Of a stretch of 64,000 bases of DNA, positions 30,579-40,011 are shown piece after piece. Made by a program: the position numbers and the translations under genes. The DNA lies in assembly GCA_035528115.1 (NCBI GenBank), contig DATKZF010000003.1, forward strand, positions 359,089 through 423,088. Reading direction: 5' to 3'. The notes below the pieces were generated by a model that searched no databases, was not told the DNA's origin, and worked only from the letters and a program-made list of their open reading frames with translations. Source of the stretch: Candidatus Bipolaricaulota bacterium. Lineage in GTDB: Bacteria; Patescibacteriota; Patescibacteriia; UBA11705; DATKZF01. Every line of letters begins with the position of its first letter. The stretch's first letter is position 1.

Positions 30579-30839
30579 TTAAAATTTGGTTGGATGTCCA
30601 TATTTGATCAAATTTTCTTTTTTAATTTTGCTCCAACGTTTTATTTGGTTTTCTCGCTGCATAGCTTCTCTTAATGTATTATATTCTTCAAAGTAAATGA
30701 TTTTTACAGGTCTTCTATATTTTGTATATTTTGCGCCTTTGCCTTCATTGTGTCTTTTTTCTCTTGCTTGAATGTTTAAGCGAGATCCGGTATATAGGGA
30801 GTTATCATTACATCGCGCTATATACATGAAGTGCTTCAT
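30579..30839 (-). CDS. GIY-YIG nuclease, UPF0213/YazA-like (86 aa)
   Basis: MYIARCNDNSLYTG..RHNEGKGAKYT..RRPV..A..RE.QIK. Confidence 0.9.
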   Translation of the reverse strand: MKHFMYIARCNDNSLYTGSRLNIQAREKRHNEGKGAKYTKYRRPVKIIYFEEYNTLREAMQRENQIKRWSKIKKENLIKYGHPTKF

Positions 30840-31136
30840 TGGGATAAGTAAAATTTTTTTAAGTGCCCCTCGACTTCGCTCGGGACATTCGACTCGTCTG
30901 GTGGTGGAACACCATGAGCGAGTCCGAGATTTCGAGGACGAGTCGAATGGTGGAGCCGAGTAGAGGAAGTTAGAACTTTTTTCGTCGCCGGAGCGCGCAA
31001 TACTGCCGATCCTGGCCGGGTACCTGCAGAGTACCACGACCGCACTGCTCGAGGATGTGCGAGAATATGACCTCGAGCACATGGCGAGAGTTCAGCATCC
31101 GAAGCAGCTCTGTCCAAACTCCTTGCCAGTTCGTAA

Positions 31137-31514
31137 TTGGCCACGACGCAGTATGTATTGACAGCAGATCCTATTAGTGCTAGGATACCATATCCAGCCG
31201 CATCTTTCCCTCCCTTGCGTGCCCACCGAATTCCGGCAGGCAGACATCAGAGGGGAAGGGGGATGGCTATGGGTCTTGCAAAGCATTTGCTACTCTGCGT
31301 AACGCTATTCCTAGCGTTTATGGCATTTTGGTATCTAACGATGGAAGGGTGGGCTAACGGCCAAGAAGGAGTCCAGTCGTGTGGTGGTGGATGCGGACGA
31401 ATTCTGTTTCTTCTGGAGGTCCTCTTGGCACAGACAGGCTCACTTTTGACGATGTGCATACTGCACTGGAGTGGACTGCCTCGTGGCAAGAGGCGAGATT
31501 CTCAGCAGTCCTAG
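31137..31514 (+). CDS. Possible small membrane protein (start uncertain)
   Basis: Two hydrophobic segments in C-terminal part. Confidence 0.3.
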   Translation: MATTQYVLTADPISARIPYPAASFPPLRAHRIPAGRHQRGRGMAMGLAKHLLLCVTLFLAFMAFWYLTMEGWANGQEGVQSCGGGCGRILFLLEVLLAQTGSLLTMCILHWSGLPRGKRRDSQQS

Positions 31515-31666
31515 TTCCGAAGTTGTTCTGGCGGAACCGATCATCCGTGTTCCGCCTTTTTGTTTTCCCGCAAGAAACTCATGCGGCTTGATGCAATAGA
31601 TGACTCTCGGGTCATCGAACAGATGGGTCGGAAACGCCATTCCGACCCATTTCCATTGAACAGCGC

Positions 31667-31850
31667 TCATCGACAGCGAAGAAGACCGTCAATTCTTGCG
31701 CCGTCGTAGCCCTGCACGTAGTCGGACCCAATCACAGCGAACGGCAAACTGAGGTTGTCGGACCCGAGGATCCTTGATAGTCGTCGCGCCGACTCAGGAT
31801 CGCGCTCCACGTCGCGGCGACGATAGAATTGGAGCACGGTTGCCCTTCGT
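31667..31850 (-). pseudogene. Glutaredoxin/NrdH-like C-terminal fragment
   Basis: RDVERD..A..SLPFAVIGSDYVQGYD; no intact CxxC N-terminus in frame. Confidence 0.45.
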
Positions 31851-31856
31851 CCGCAA

Positions 31857-32333
31857 CTACGCGGAAATGTCTGCCAATTCCAATGACATGCTCGCCGCAA
31901 GATCGCCTGGACTGAATCTCATGCCACAGTACTCATCGCCACCGGCTCCGGTGACCAGCGCTCTCCGAAGAACGTTCCTATCAATGATCCTCCGATCACA
32001 AGACGATACAGCCACCGGCGGGACTCCACCAATACGAAACTGGGTCACCGACTCGATCTGCTGGGGCGTGGCGAATCGAAGTTTCTTGACGCCGACCAGT
32101 TCCGCGACCCTGCGAACGTCCAGTCGGTCAGATCCTAGTATTATGCAAGCGATGAATACATCCTCCCTTGGAGCATGCAAGACGAGTGTCTTGATGATGT
32201 TTTCCGATGCGGTTTCGAGGGCGGCAGAGGCCTGCGAGGTCGTCTTTCCAGACTGCTCGTGCATCATGAACTGGGCCCTCAGACCTACGCAACTTGCCAG
32301 TCTCTTCGCGCGGTCGATGGCTCCGGTGTCCAA
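31857..32333 (-). CDS. YbaK/EbsC aminoacyl-tRNA editing domain protein (158 aa)
   Basis: IIKTLV, FATP, GGVPP, GAG; TTG start after AAAGGAG. Confidence 0.85.
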   Translation of the reverse strand: MDTGAIDRAKRLASCVGLRAQFMMHEQSGKTTSQASAALETASENIIKTLVLHAPREDVFIACIILGSDRLDVRRVAELVGVKKLRFATPQQIESVTQFRIGGVPPVAVSSCDRRIIDRNVLRRALVTGAGGDEYCGMRFSPGDLAASMSLELADISA

Positions 32334-32934
32334 CTGGCGCTCCTTTCCAATCAGGTTGGCGTGACAGACTTTGGGCGCACGTCTGAACGGTGGTAGGGGC
32401 GTGACGGACGGGGAGGTCGTGCTTGCACCCACAGCGGCACCCTCGAGGAACGAGGTCAGCGATTGGCCTGTGCCATGCCTCACCTGGCGTTGGGAACATG
32501 TCCGGCCGTCCGTTTCCGCGGGCACGCGGTGTACTCCTCTGCTGGTGTTGTTCATACTACATGCTTGGCCGCCGGTCGTCTTGGCCGCCGGCATTTGTGT
32601 TTCACTCATGCTAATTGTACGGAGATTGCGCATGCTTGTCAACCAGGCATCTCACTGAATTCCTCAAGCCGGCCTGCGTGGGTTCAGCGCAAACGGGGCC
32701 GTTGACAGCCTTCCAGTTCGCTGCTACGAAGACCACAGAGATCTCTGCGCCCGTGCAAAATGGATGGCCCGGTAGCTGCAGGATCGAACTGACGCCCGTC
32801 TTCACGACCTCTCGGGTCTTCCGTTCGCAACGGCCTCGCTCGGTCGCACCGGCCACGCGGAGCGAATGAGACAAGGTCGCAACCATCGCGACGGCATAAG
32901 TGTAGAATATATATACTACGTGAAGATAGATGTT

Positions 32935-32980
32935 AGAGCGAGAGAGATAGACACCTAGGAATGTCTATCTCTCTCGCTCT
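32935..32980. repeat. Perfect 19-bp inverted repeat
   Basis: AGAGCGAGAGAGATAGACA-cctaggaa-TGTCTATCTCTCTCGCTCT. Confidence 0.9.
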
Positions 32981-33105
32981 CTATCTTGAGTACTCTTGGA
33001 CGAGCCGTGTGCGACCGGGACCGCCTGCCGCTGCATGCTTTCGGTGTCTCCGCCACCCCCTGCCCGGACCAACCCAGGCGCGATACGCTTGTGGTGTTCA
33101 ACTAC

Positions 33106-33297
33106 ATGCCATTGACACAAGATGACATCGAGGATCTCAAGGGGCTGCTCAGGGCCGAGTACGGCGAGGAGGTGCCGCACGACGAGGCCTGGGACGTTGG
33201 CCTTTCTCTAGTCGAGCTGTGTCGAGTCGCTCTCCGGCCAGCCCCCGCGGCAAGGGAGTCAGACCCGACTGTGGATAACTCGCAGCTTGCCAAATAG
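33106..33297 (+). CDS. Small protein upstream of LSR (possible directionality factor)
   Basis: MPLTQDDIEDLK.L...EYGEE....EA; directly precedes the recombinase. Confidence 0.6.
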   Translation: MPLTQDDIEDLKGLLRAEYGEEVPHDEAWDVGLSLVELCRVALRPAPAARESDPTVDNSQLAK

Positions 33298-33337
33298 CCT
33301 GGCCAGCTCTACGATCCACAATGAACGCTCGCCACCT

Positions 33338-34954
33338 ATGAAGCATTGCTATATTTACGCTAGAAAATCGTCGGAGTCCGAGGACCGACAGGTTCTGTCC
33401 ATCGACTCGCAGGTCAGTGAGCTCGAGCAGCTGGCCGTCCGGCTGGGACTGCCGGTCACCCGGGTGTTTTCGGAGTCGAAGTCCGCCAAGACTCCCGGGA
33501 GGCCGGTTTTCACCGACATGCTAGAACGTCTTCGTAATCCAGAGGGGAGCGTGGTGCTGTGTTGGAAACTCGATCGGCTGGCCCGAAACCCGCTTGATGG
33601 CGGGGCAGTGATTTGGGCGGTCGAGGAGCGCCAGATCGGGGAGATCGTCACTCCGGGTCGGACCTTCCGCAACACCGCCGACGACAAGTTCTGGATGCAA
33701 CTCGAATTCGGGATGGCCAAGAAGTACGTGGACGACTTGTCTGACAACATCAAGCGCGGAAACAGGGCCAAGCTCCAGCGCGGCCAGATCCCGGGGCAGG
33801 TCCCCCTCGGCTACACCAAGGACCCCTGCACAGGCGACACGATCCCCGATCCGGAACGGTTCGAGTTGGTTCGGCGCATTTGGCAGCGGCTTGTTGATGG
33901 CCACCGGCCGGCAGAGATCCTGAGGGTCGCCTCGAGCGACTGGGGTCTGCGAACGCGAGGTTCCAAGAGGACCGCGAGCGGGCCGCTATCGCCGTCGTAC
34001 TTCTACCGGTTGCTCTCGAATCCGTTTTACGCCGGCGTGGTTCAGCGTGCGGGCCAGGTCTACGTCGGTGCCCACCAGGCGATGGTCAGCCAACATGAGT
34101 TCGACCTGGCCCAGAGGATGTTGGCGGGCAGGTCCAACTCGAGATCTCAGCGCCACGAGCACACCTACGCCGGGCTACTGCGCTGCGGGGTGTGTGGCCG
34201 CATGTTCACCGGAGAGAGCCACACCAACCGCTACGGATCCACGTACGTGTACTACCGGTGCACTCGAAAGCGGCTGGGTAGCAGGGTGTGCCCCCAGCCC
34301 TACGTGCCCGAGAAGGTCATCGACGAGCAGGTGCTCGACTACCTCGGAAGGCTCTCAGTGCCGAGGCAGTTTGTGGACTGGGCCTGCAAGCGCCTCGAGC
34401 GCCTCGCAGCAGAGGATCAAGCGACCGAGCAGGTGGCGCAGTCGTCGATCGAGAAGGGCCTCGCTGCGGCCCAACGCAAACTCGAGAACCTGACGCAGCT
34501 GCGATTGTCCGAGATGATTGGTGACGAAGAATTCGTACTAGAGCGAGCCAGACTGCTGGACGAGGTCGCCGGTTTCAAGGCCCGCCTGGCCGCGCCCTCG
34601 ACCACGGGTCCCGCGTGGCTGCAGCCCACGAAGGAGGCGCTCGCCCTCGCCTCAAGGGCCGAAAATCTGTATCGCAGTGGACTGAAGGACGACAAACGGA
34701 CCATCCTGCGGGCCATCGGGTCGAACTTCTTCATCAGGGACCGGATTGTGCTAATCCAAGCCAAGAAACCGTTTCGCATTCTGGCCGCCGCCCGCGATTC
34801 CTCCGAGCCCGAGCCACCGCGGGTCGAACCCCGGGATTTTGGCTCAGCCAAACAAAAAAACGAGCCATCGAGTGGTCGTTTTCTCCTGTGGTGGACCCTA
34901 AGGGATTCGAACCCTTGGCCTCCTCCATGCCATGGAGGCGCTCTAGCCAACTGA
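33338..34954 (+). CDS. Large serine recombinase (resolvase + recombinase + Zn ribbon + coiled coil)
   Basis: YARKS, DRLARN, PLGY, NPFYAG, CGVCG..YYRC..C; reads into antisense of tRNA-Ala. Confidence 0.95.
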   Translation: MKHCYIYARKSSESEDRQVLSIDSQVSELEQLAVRLGLPVTRVFSESKSAKTPGRPVFTDMLERLRNPEGSVVLCWKLDRLARNPLDGGAVIWAVEERQIGEIVTPGRTFRNTADDKFWMQLEFGMAKKYVDDLSDNIKRGNRAKLQRGQIPGQVPLGYTKDPCTGDTIPDPERFELVRRIWQRLVDGHRPAEILRVASSDWGLRTRGSKRTASGPLSPSYFYRLLSNPFYAGVVQRAGQVYVGAHQAMVSQHEFDLAQRMLAGRSNSRSQRHEHTYAGLLRCGVCGRMFTGESHTNRYGSTYVYYRCTRKRLGSRVCPQPYVPEKVIDEQVLDYLGRLSVPRQFVDWACKRLERLAAEDQATEQVAQSSIEKGLAAAQRKLENLTQLRLSEMIGDEEFVLERARLLDEVAGFKARLAAPSTTGPAWLQPTKEALALASRAENLYRSGLKDDKRTILRAIGSNFFIRDRIVLIQAKKPFRILAAARDSSEPEPPRVEPRDFGSAKQKNEPSSGRFLLWWTLRDSNPWPPPCHGGALAN

Positions 34955-34965
34955 GCTAAGGGCCC
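34889..34965 (-). tRNA. tRNA-Ala(GGC)
   Basis: GGGCCCT/AGGGTCC acceptor with G3:U70; ATGGCAT loop; CCA. Confidence 0.93.
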
Positions 34966-34988
34966 TTGGTTTGGGAATTGGAAACTGA

Positions 34989-35063
34989 TGGTGGGCGCAG
35001 GAGGACTCGAACCTCCAACCAATGGCTTAAGAGGCCACTGCTCTACCATTGAGCTATGCGCCC
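34989..35063 (-). tRNA. tRNA-Lys(CTT)
   Basis: CTCTTAA loop; GTTCGAGTC; CCA. Confidence 0.93.
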
Positions 35064-35068
35064 GAGAC

Positions 35069-35145
35069 TGGTGCAGCCGGAAGGATTTGAACCCTCAACC
35101 CCTTGGTCCGAAGCCAAGTGCTCTATCCAGTTGAGCTACGACTGC
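35069..35145 (-). tRNA. tRNA-Arg(TCG)
   Basis: CTTCGGA loop; GTTCAAATC; CCA. Confidence 0.9.
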
Positions 35146-35311
35146 ATTAGAAATAAACCTTGCCTGTCCGCCGAAGCTCCGAGCATAGCGAGGAGCGAAG
35201 GCGGAAGCTACGACTGCATTAAAAATGTTGACAATAGATTAACATTCGACTCGTTTTTTGGCAAGTCCGAGGCAATAAAAACTTAAGCAGCTTTGCCTAA
35301 GTTTTTCGGCA

Positions 35312-36004
35312 TTAATTCCATTTTTTCTTCTTTATCGCCTTGGTGGCCGCGTCTTCCTGAGCTTCTTGCTTGCTGGATCCGCCGCCTTTGGCCACCAGTG
35401 TTTTACCCAAAAAGACTCCGATTACAAATTTTTTGGCGTGATCCGGCCCGCTTTCTTCCAAAACTTTGTATGTTGGCGTGACCCCTTCTTTTTCTTGAGA
35501 GGATTCCTGTAATTTGCTTTTCGGATCCATGTATAATTTATGTTTTAAAATATACGGCAGCTCCGGCAATAAATGTTCGCAAATGAAATTTTTTGCCGCG
35601 TCCCAGCCTTGATCCAGATAAATGGAGCCGATCACCGCCTCGAAAGCATTGGCCAAAATATACTGCCTGGCCTTGCCCGTGTCTTTTGATTCTCCGCGGC
35701 TCAGGTATAAAAAGTCGTCCAGATCAGTGTCTTTGGCCAGCTTGGCCAGCATTTTACTGTTGACCAGACTGGCTCGCCAGTTCGTCAGGTCGCCTTCGGG
35801 ATTGTCGTAATTATTGTATAAGTATTCGGTAACGATCAATTCAAGCACGGCGTCGCCCAGAAATTCCAATCGTTCGTTGTGATTCAATTCGAAACTCGGA
35901 TGCTCGTTGAGATACGATCGATGCACCAGCGCCTGAGCCAATAATTTTTTATTTTCGAAAGTAACGTTGATTTTTTTCTCCAATTTACTGAAATCTTTTT
36001 TCAT
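35312..36004 (-). CDS. rnc: Ribonuclease III
   Basis: NERLEFLGDAVL; dsRBD DPKS.LQE. Confidence 0.98.
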   Translation of the reverse strand: MKKDFSKLEKKINVTFENKKLLAQALVHRSYLNEHPSFELNHNERLEFLGDAVLELIVTEYLYNNYDNPEGDLTNWRASLVNSKMLAKLAKDTDLDDFLYLSRGESKDTGKARQYILANAFEAVIGSIYLDQGWDAAKNFICEHLLPELPYILKHKLYMDPKSKLQESSQEKEGVTPTYKVLEESGPDHAKKFVIGVFLGKTLVAKGGGSSKQEAQEDAATKAIKKKKWN

Positions 36005-36087
36005 AAAGCTACCGACTCATAAATCGTCCGCGGATGGCGTCGCATTATTTTTGCGGTAAAATCTGCGGGAGATCCATAAGCCCGTAA

Positions 36088-36567
36088 TTATTTGGCCGGT
36101 TCTTTCGCGGCCGTTTTTACTTCAAGTTGTTCTTTGTCTTCGGTTTTCAGCACCTTGTCCATGTCTCTATAAATCGAACCCAGCACGCCATTGACGAATT
36201 TGCCCGAGGATTCTCCGCCGAATGTTTTGGCGATTTCGATCGCTTCGTTGATGGCCACCTTCGAGGGCACATCCTTGTCGAAAATTAATTCGTAAACCCC
36301 GATTCTTAAAATATTGCGGTCGACTTGGGTGATTTGATCAATCGGCCATTCCGGGGCGTATTTGGTGATGTACCTGTCGATTTTTTTTAAATTTTTAGCG
36401 ACACCATTGACTATATTTTCCGTAAAATCCCGATCCTTGGCGTTGGGCGCGAATTCTTTGAAAGTGTAATTGATAAGCTCCGGGATTTTTTTATCTTCCT
36501 TTTCCAAAAAGTCCCAGGTGAACAGCGCCTGCATCGCCACGGTTCTGGCTAAGTGTCTATTGGCCAT
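36088..36567 (-). CDS. nusB: Transcription antitermination factor
   Basis: RH.AR..AMQAL; [13 protein letters not shown]; FVNGVL. Confidence 0.97.
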   Translation of the reverse strand: MANRHLARTVAMQALFTWDFLEKEDKKIPELINYTFKEFAPNAKDRDFTENIVNGVAKNLKKIDRYITKYAPEWPIDQITQVDRNILRIGVYELIFDKDVPSKVAINEAIEIAKTFGGESSGKFVNGVLGSIYRDMDKVLKTEDKEQLEVKTAAKEPAK

Positions 36568-36640
36568 AATTGAATGATTGATGGAAATTATAAAAATGAA
36601 CTTGCTTGCATTTTACTAAGTTTCGTTCGTTTTGGCAAGA

Positions 36641-38260
36641 TTAATAGCTGAGATAAGGCATTGATTGCGGGTCGCAAAAGTTTGCGGCATCTCGGGAGGA
36701 GACATTTAAGATTGAAGAGACTTTTTCCGCGCAACCTTGTAGGAACGAATCATACGTCATAGTAGATAAGGTTTCTATCATAACATCGATAAAATCGGCT
36801 ATTTCCGGATTGGTTTCCGTTTCTTTAATGTCTTTTAACAATTGCGCACAGGCCGTTGTGTGGTCGGTGGAATAATAGTAATAACGATAGCTTTGAAACG
36901 CGCTCAACAAAATATCCAATTTATTTTTATTCGAAGCGCCCGAGTAAGCGTCTTTCAAAAAATCGGCGACATGTTTTCCTTCGCGAGAGTCGGAGATTTT
37001 AGAAGAAATGAAATATCTATCCAAATGATTCACAAGTTCGGCCTGCCCTTTTATTTTGTTGTAATGACTTTTCACGGACAACGCATTCAAATCAATGCCG
37101 AATGAAAAAAGGCAGGACAAAACAATCATGACCAAAATGGCGATCAGATTGCTGAGCTTGAGACCTTCCAGATATTGATTGGTTTTTAAATCGGATAAAC
37201 GGTAGATCGCGAAAACGCAATATAAAACAGTCATAAGCGCCAAGAACGCCAAGCTGAACAAAACGAGGAATCTGTCTGGCGTGATGCCGTATTGATTGAT
37301 GCGGGAAACGATGGCAAAAAGTCCGACCGCCAGCATGACTAAACTTTCAAATAACAAAGCGATCGAGGAAATCGACAGCGCCCGATGCGTTTTTTTGCCA
37401 GCTTCTTCGTGTTTTAAAAATATGCCGGTGAAATAAAGAACAACGATGTTGAACGAGGCCAGCGCCGCGAAAAGCACCGAGGTTTGCCCGGTTTTAAGAA
37501 TCACTGAAAAGCCGCTCGGCAAAAGAATGATTATGTAAAGAAGCAAAAGGCCTGACATCACAAACGAGATAACCATGAATATTCTGGAAAAGAGTTTTAA
37601 TATTTTGGTGTAAGGCTCTTGATCAATAACGCTTTTTTTCAAGTCATAGCAGAGAGAAAAAGCGAAGAAGCCGATGGTTGAATACACCACTGAAATAATC
37701 AAGACGATCAGTTTTTCGGGCACGGAGAATTTGATCAAAAAAAGCAAACCACTGAAAAGTCCGATAACGATAAGCGCGGCCAGGCCGAAGATGCCGGCGA
37801 TAACGACCGTTTCAAAAACTTTATTGATGAATTGATAAAAGGCCTCCGGAATTTTTTTCCAAGACTTTTCGCAAAAAGACAGGAGCAAGCCGATCAGCGC
37901 GGTGAAGAAAACGGCCTTCATGGCCAGATAAACCAACAAAGGCGGAGTTTGATCGAAAGAAAAGAAATACAGCGCGGCTTGAAAAGCGGCGAACAGCCCG
38001 ATTGACGCGCAGGCCAGTCCTTTGTTTTTTATTTTTTTGTACGACAACAGGAAATATACGAAGAAAGCGGCGAACAGCAAAATTTCCAAAAGCATAACCA
38101 GCGATTTGCCCACTGCCGGTTCACTCAATGAGCTGAATTTTTCGGAAACGCTGAGCAGATAAATGCCCCAGACTCCAAGACCGGTCAGGACGCCGATGAT
38201 GATGGCGCGAAGCGAATTTGTCCAATCGAATGAAGTTTTTGCGTTGGTGTTTTTTTGCAT
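36641..38260 (-). CDS. Multi-TM protein, DUF4153-like
   Basis: ~12 TMs; RINQYGITPDR. Confidence 0.65.
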   Translation of the reverse strand: MQKNTNAKTSFDWTNSLRAIIIGVLTGLGVWGIYLLSVSEKFSSLSEPAVGKSLVMLLEILLFAAFFVYFLLSYKKIKNKGLACASIGLFAAFQAALYFFSFDQTPPLLVYLAMKAVFFTALIGLLLSFCEKSWKKIPEAFYQFINKVFETVVIAGIFGLAALIVIGLFSGLLFLIKFSVPEKLIVLIISVVYSTIGFFAFSLCYDLKKSVIDQEPYTKILKLFSRIFMVISFVMSGLLLLYIIILLPSGFSVILKTGQTSVLFAALASFNIVVLYFTGIFLKHEEAGKKTHRALSISSIALLFESLVMLAVGLFAIVSRINQYGITPDRFLVLFSLAFLALMTVLYCVFAIYRLSDLKTNQYLEGLKLSNLIAILVMIVLSCLFSFGIDLNALSVKSHYNKIKGQAELVNHLDRYFISSKISDSREGKHVADFLKDAYSGASNKNKLDILLSAFQSYRYYYYSTDHTTACAQLLKDIKETETNPEIADFIDVMIETLSTMTYDSFLQGCAEKVSSILNVSSRDAANFCDPQSMPYLSY

Positions 38261-38310
38261 ACGTTACAAATATTGCGGCTATTAAGATAGCCTTTGTTTT
38301 ATATTTTAAT

Positions 38311-38447
38311 TGTTACGAATTACAATATTCTATTTAGCTTTTAGGTTATTTGTTACGAATTACAATCTGCTAAAGCATAAAGCCATAGAGGAATGTACTT
38401 CGTAACAATCGATTGGAAGCCAAGTGGAATATTGTAATTCGTAACGA
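38311..38447. repeat. GTTACGAATTACAA palindromic repeat cluster 1
   Basis: Two forward and two reverse units, ~41-bp spacing. Confidence 0.85.
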
Positions 38448-38476
38448 TACTCCATGCTAACATCATATCACCTGCG

Positions 38477-39916
38477 TTGATTTTGACAAATAAGGCAAAT
38501 GGTGATAAATTATATTTTATAAAGAAAGGGAAAAACCATATAGCAGCGCTAAAAATCAAACAATATTTGGTTAAGCTATTGCTAAGGATTTGCGATGAGG
38601 TGGGCGTGCTGGGCAGATATATAAAGAAGGCTTTTTCTTATATCGTCAAGCCGTTTATTATCATCGGAAAATTCATTTTCAAGTTTGTAATCTTGCCGAT
38701 ATACAAGCTTTATTTATTTTTTAAAAGGAGAACGCAAGTTTTTTACTTGCCGGCCAAGAGTAGATTCTTTTCATTTTTTTCCAAGAAATATTTTATTCAC
38801 GTGGTTGTGGTTTTCGTGTCTTTCGTGGTGGTGGTGAATAATATCAGCGCCAAGGAAATCAGAGATGACAATTTCGGCGAGAAAACCGCCATTTATGCCA
38901 TGTATAATGAAGCGACTTTGGGATATATCGAAGAGGTTGTTGATAGCGAGGCGAGCGCCCAAGCCAAGGTTTTCAGCTATTTGGACAAAACCATGGTTTC
39001 AAACAAACAGACCATTGTCATCGATTCTCAGGAAAGCGTGGCCGAAGATCAGCTCGCGGACAGCTTGACCACCGTAACCCAGGGCGGCGCAGCGCTGGTT
39101 AAACCAAATTTCACGGAAACCAATATCGCTCAGCGGGAAAGAAGCTCCAAAATATCTTACTCGGTGCAAGACGGCGATACTTTGGGCACTATCGCCGAAA
39201 AATTCGGTATTTCCATGCAAACCGTTTTATGGGCGAATAATTTAACGACCAGAAGCACGATTCAGCCGGGAGATGTCTTGGCTATTTTGCCGGTTTCCGG
39301 CGTTGTCCATATAGTTAAATCCGGAGAAACCATCGGCAAGATTGCGCAACGCTATGACACCGACGCTGAAAAGATTATTGAATTCAACAAATTGGCTGAC
39401 GCGTCGGATATTAAAATCGGAGATGAACTGATCGTGCCGGGCGGCACTCAGCCGGCCATCATTTCCGCGCCGCAATATGTCAGCAATAAGAACGTGAATA
39501 TCGCGCCGATTAAAAATTTGATTAACACTCCCCCGCCCGGAGCGACGGATATTCCGGCCGGGAAAATGGTTTGGCCGACGTCTTGGCACGTAATTACTCA
39601 ATATTACAGTCTTCGACATTACGGCTTGGACATTGATGGAGATTATAATTCTCCGATTTACGCGGCCGAGGCCGGCAAAATCATCAAATGCGGCTGGGGC
39701 ACGGGTTACGGCAATGTCATTTATATTGATCACGGCAACGGCGTGCAGACTCGTTACGCCCACATGAGCAAATTTTTCGTCTCCAACGGACAATATGTCG
39801 AAAAAGGACAGACCCTGGGCATGATGGGCACGACCGGCTGGTCCACTGGAACGCACCTTCACTTTGAAGTCAGAATAAACGGCTCGGCCATGAATCCGTT
39901 GAGCTATATCAGATAA
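38477..39916 (+). CDS. LysM x2 + M23 peptidase
   Basis: Two LysM repeats; HYGLD, YAH, HLHFEV; start uncertain. Confidence 0.92.
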   Translation: MILTNKANGDKLYFIKKGKNHIAALKIKQYLVKLLLRICDEVGVLGRYIKKAFSYIVKPFIIIGKFIFKFVILPIYKLYLFFKRRTQVFYLPAKSRFFSFFSKKYFIHVVVVFVSFVVVVNNISAKEIRDDNFGEKTAIYAMYNEATLGYIEEVVDSEASAQAKVFSYLDKTMVSNKQTIVIDSQESVAEDQLADSLTTVTQGGAALVKPNFTETNIAQRERSSKISYSVQDGDTLGTIAEKFGISMQTVLWANNLTTRSTIQPGDVLAILPVSGVVHIVKSGETIGKIAQRYDTDAEKIIEFNKLADASDIKIGDELIVPGGTQPAIISAPQYVSNKNVNIAPIKNLINTPPPGATDIPAGKMVWPTSWHVITQYYSLRHYGLDIDGDYNSPIYAAEAGKIIKCGWGTGYGNVIYIDHGNGVQTRYAHMSKFFVSNGQYVEKGQTLGMMGTTGWSTGTHLHFEVRINGSAMNPLSYIR

Positions 39917-40011
39917 TGCTTATAAAAAAATAAGGGTCTTATCCATGGCCTTTGTTTTTTATTTGGGTTTCGTTAAATGTTAAATATTGTTCCCTTGTTT
40001 CATTGCTTCAT

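Larger units (their letters stand above)
30948..34895. mobile_element. ~3.94-kb integrative element (large serine recombinase) in the tRNA-Ala(GGC) 3' end
   Basis: TGGTGGA direct repeat at 30948-30954 and 34889-34895; abrupt GC rise; LSR at right end. Confidence 0.8.

Noticed and set aside
30948-30977. 3' end of a different tRNA-Ala or tmRNA, implying excision would damage the tRNA
   Set aside because: Crossover within the shared TGGTGGA restores a perfect tRNA-Ala(GGC); the remainder is attP-side sequence.
34417-35286. ORFs 34417..35049 and 35056..35286
   Set aside because: Antisense to the LSR or running through tRNAs.
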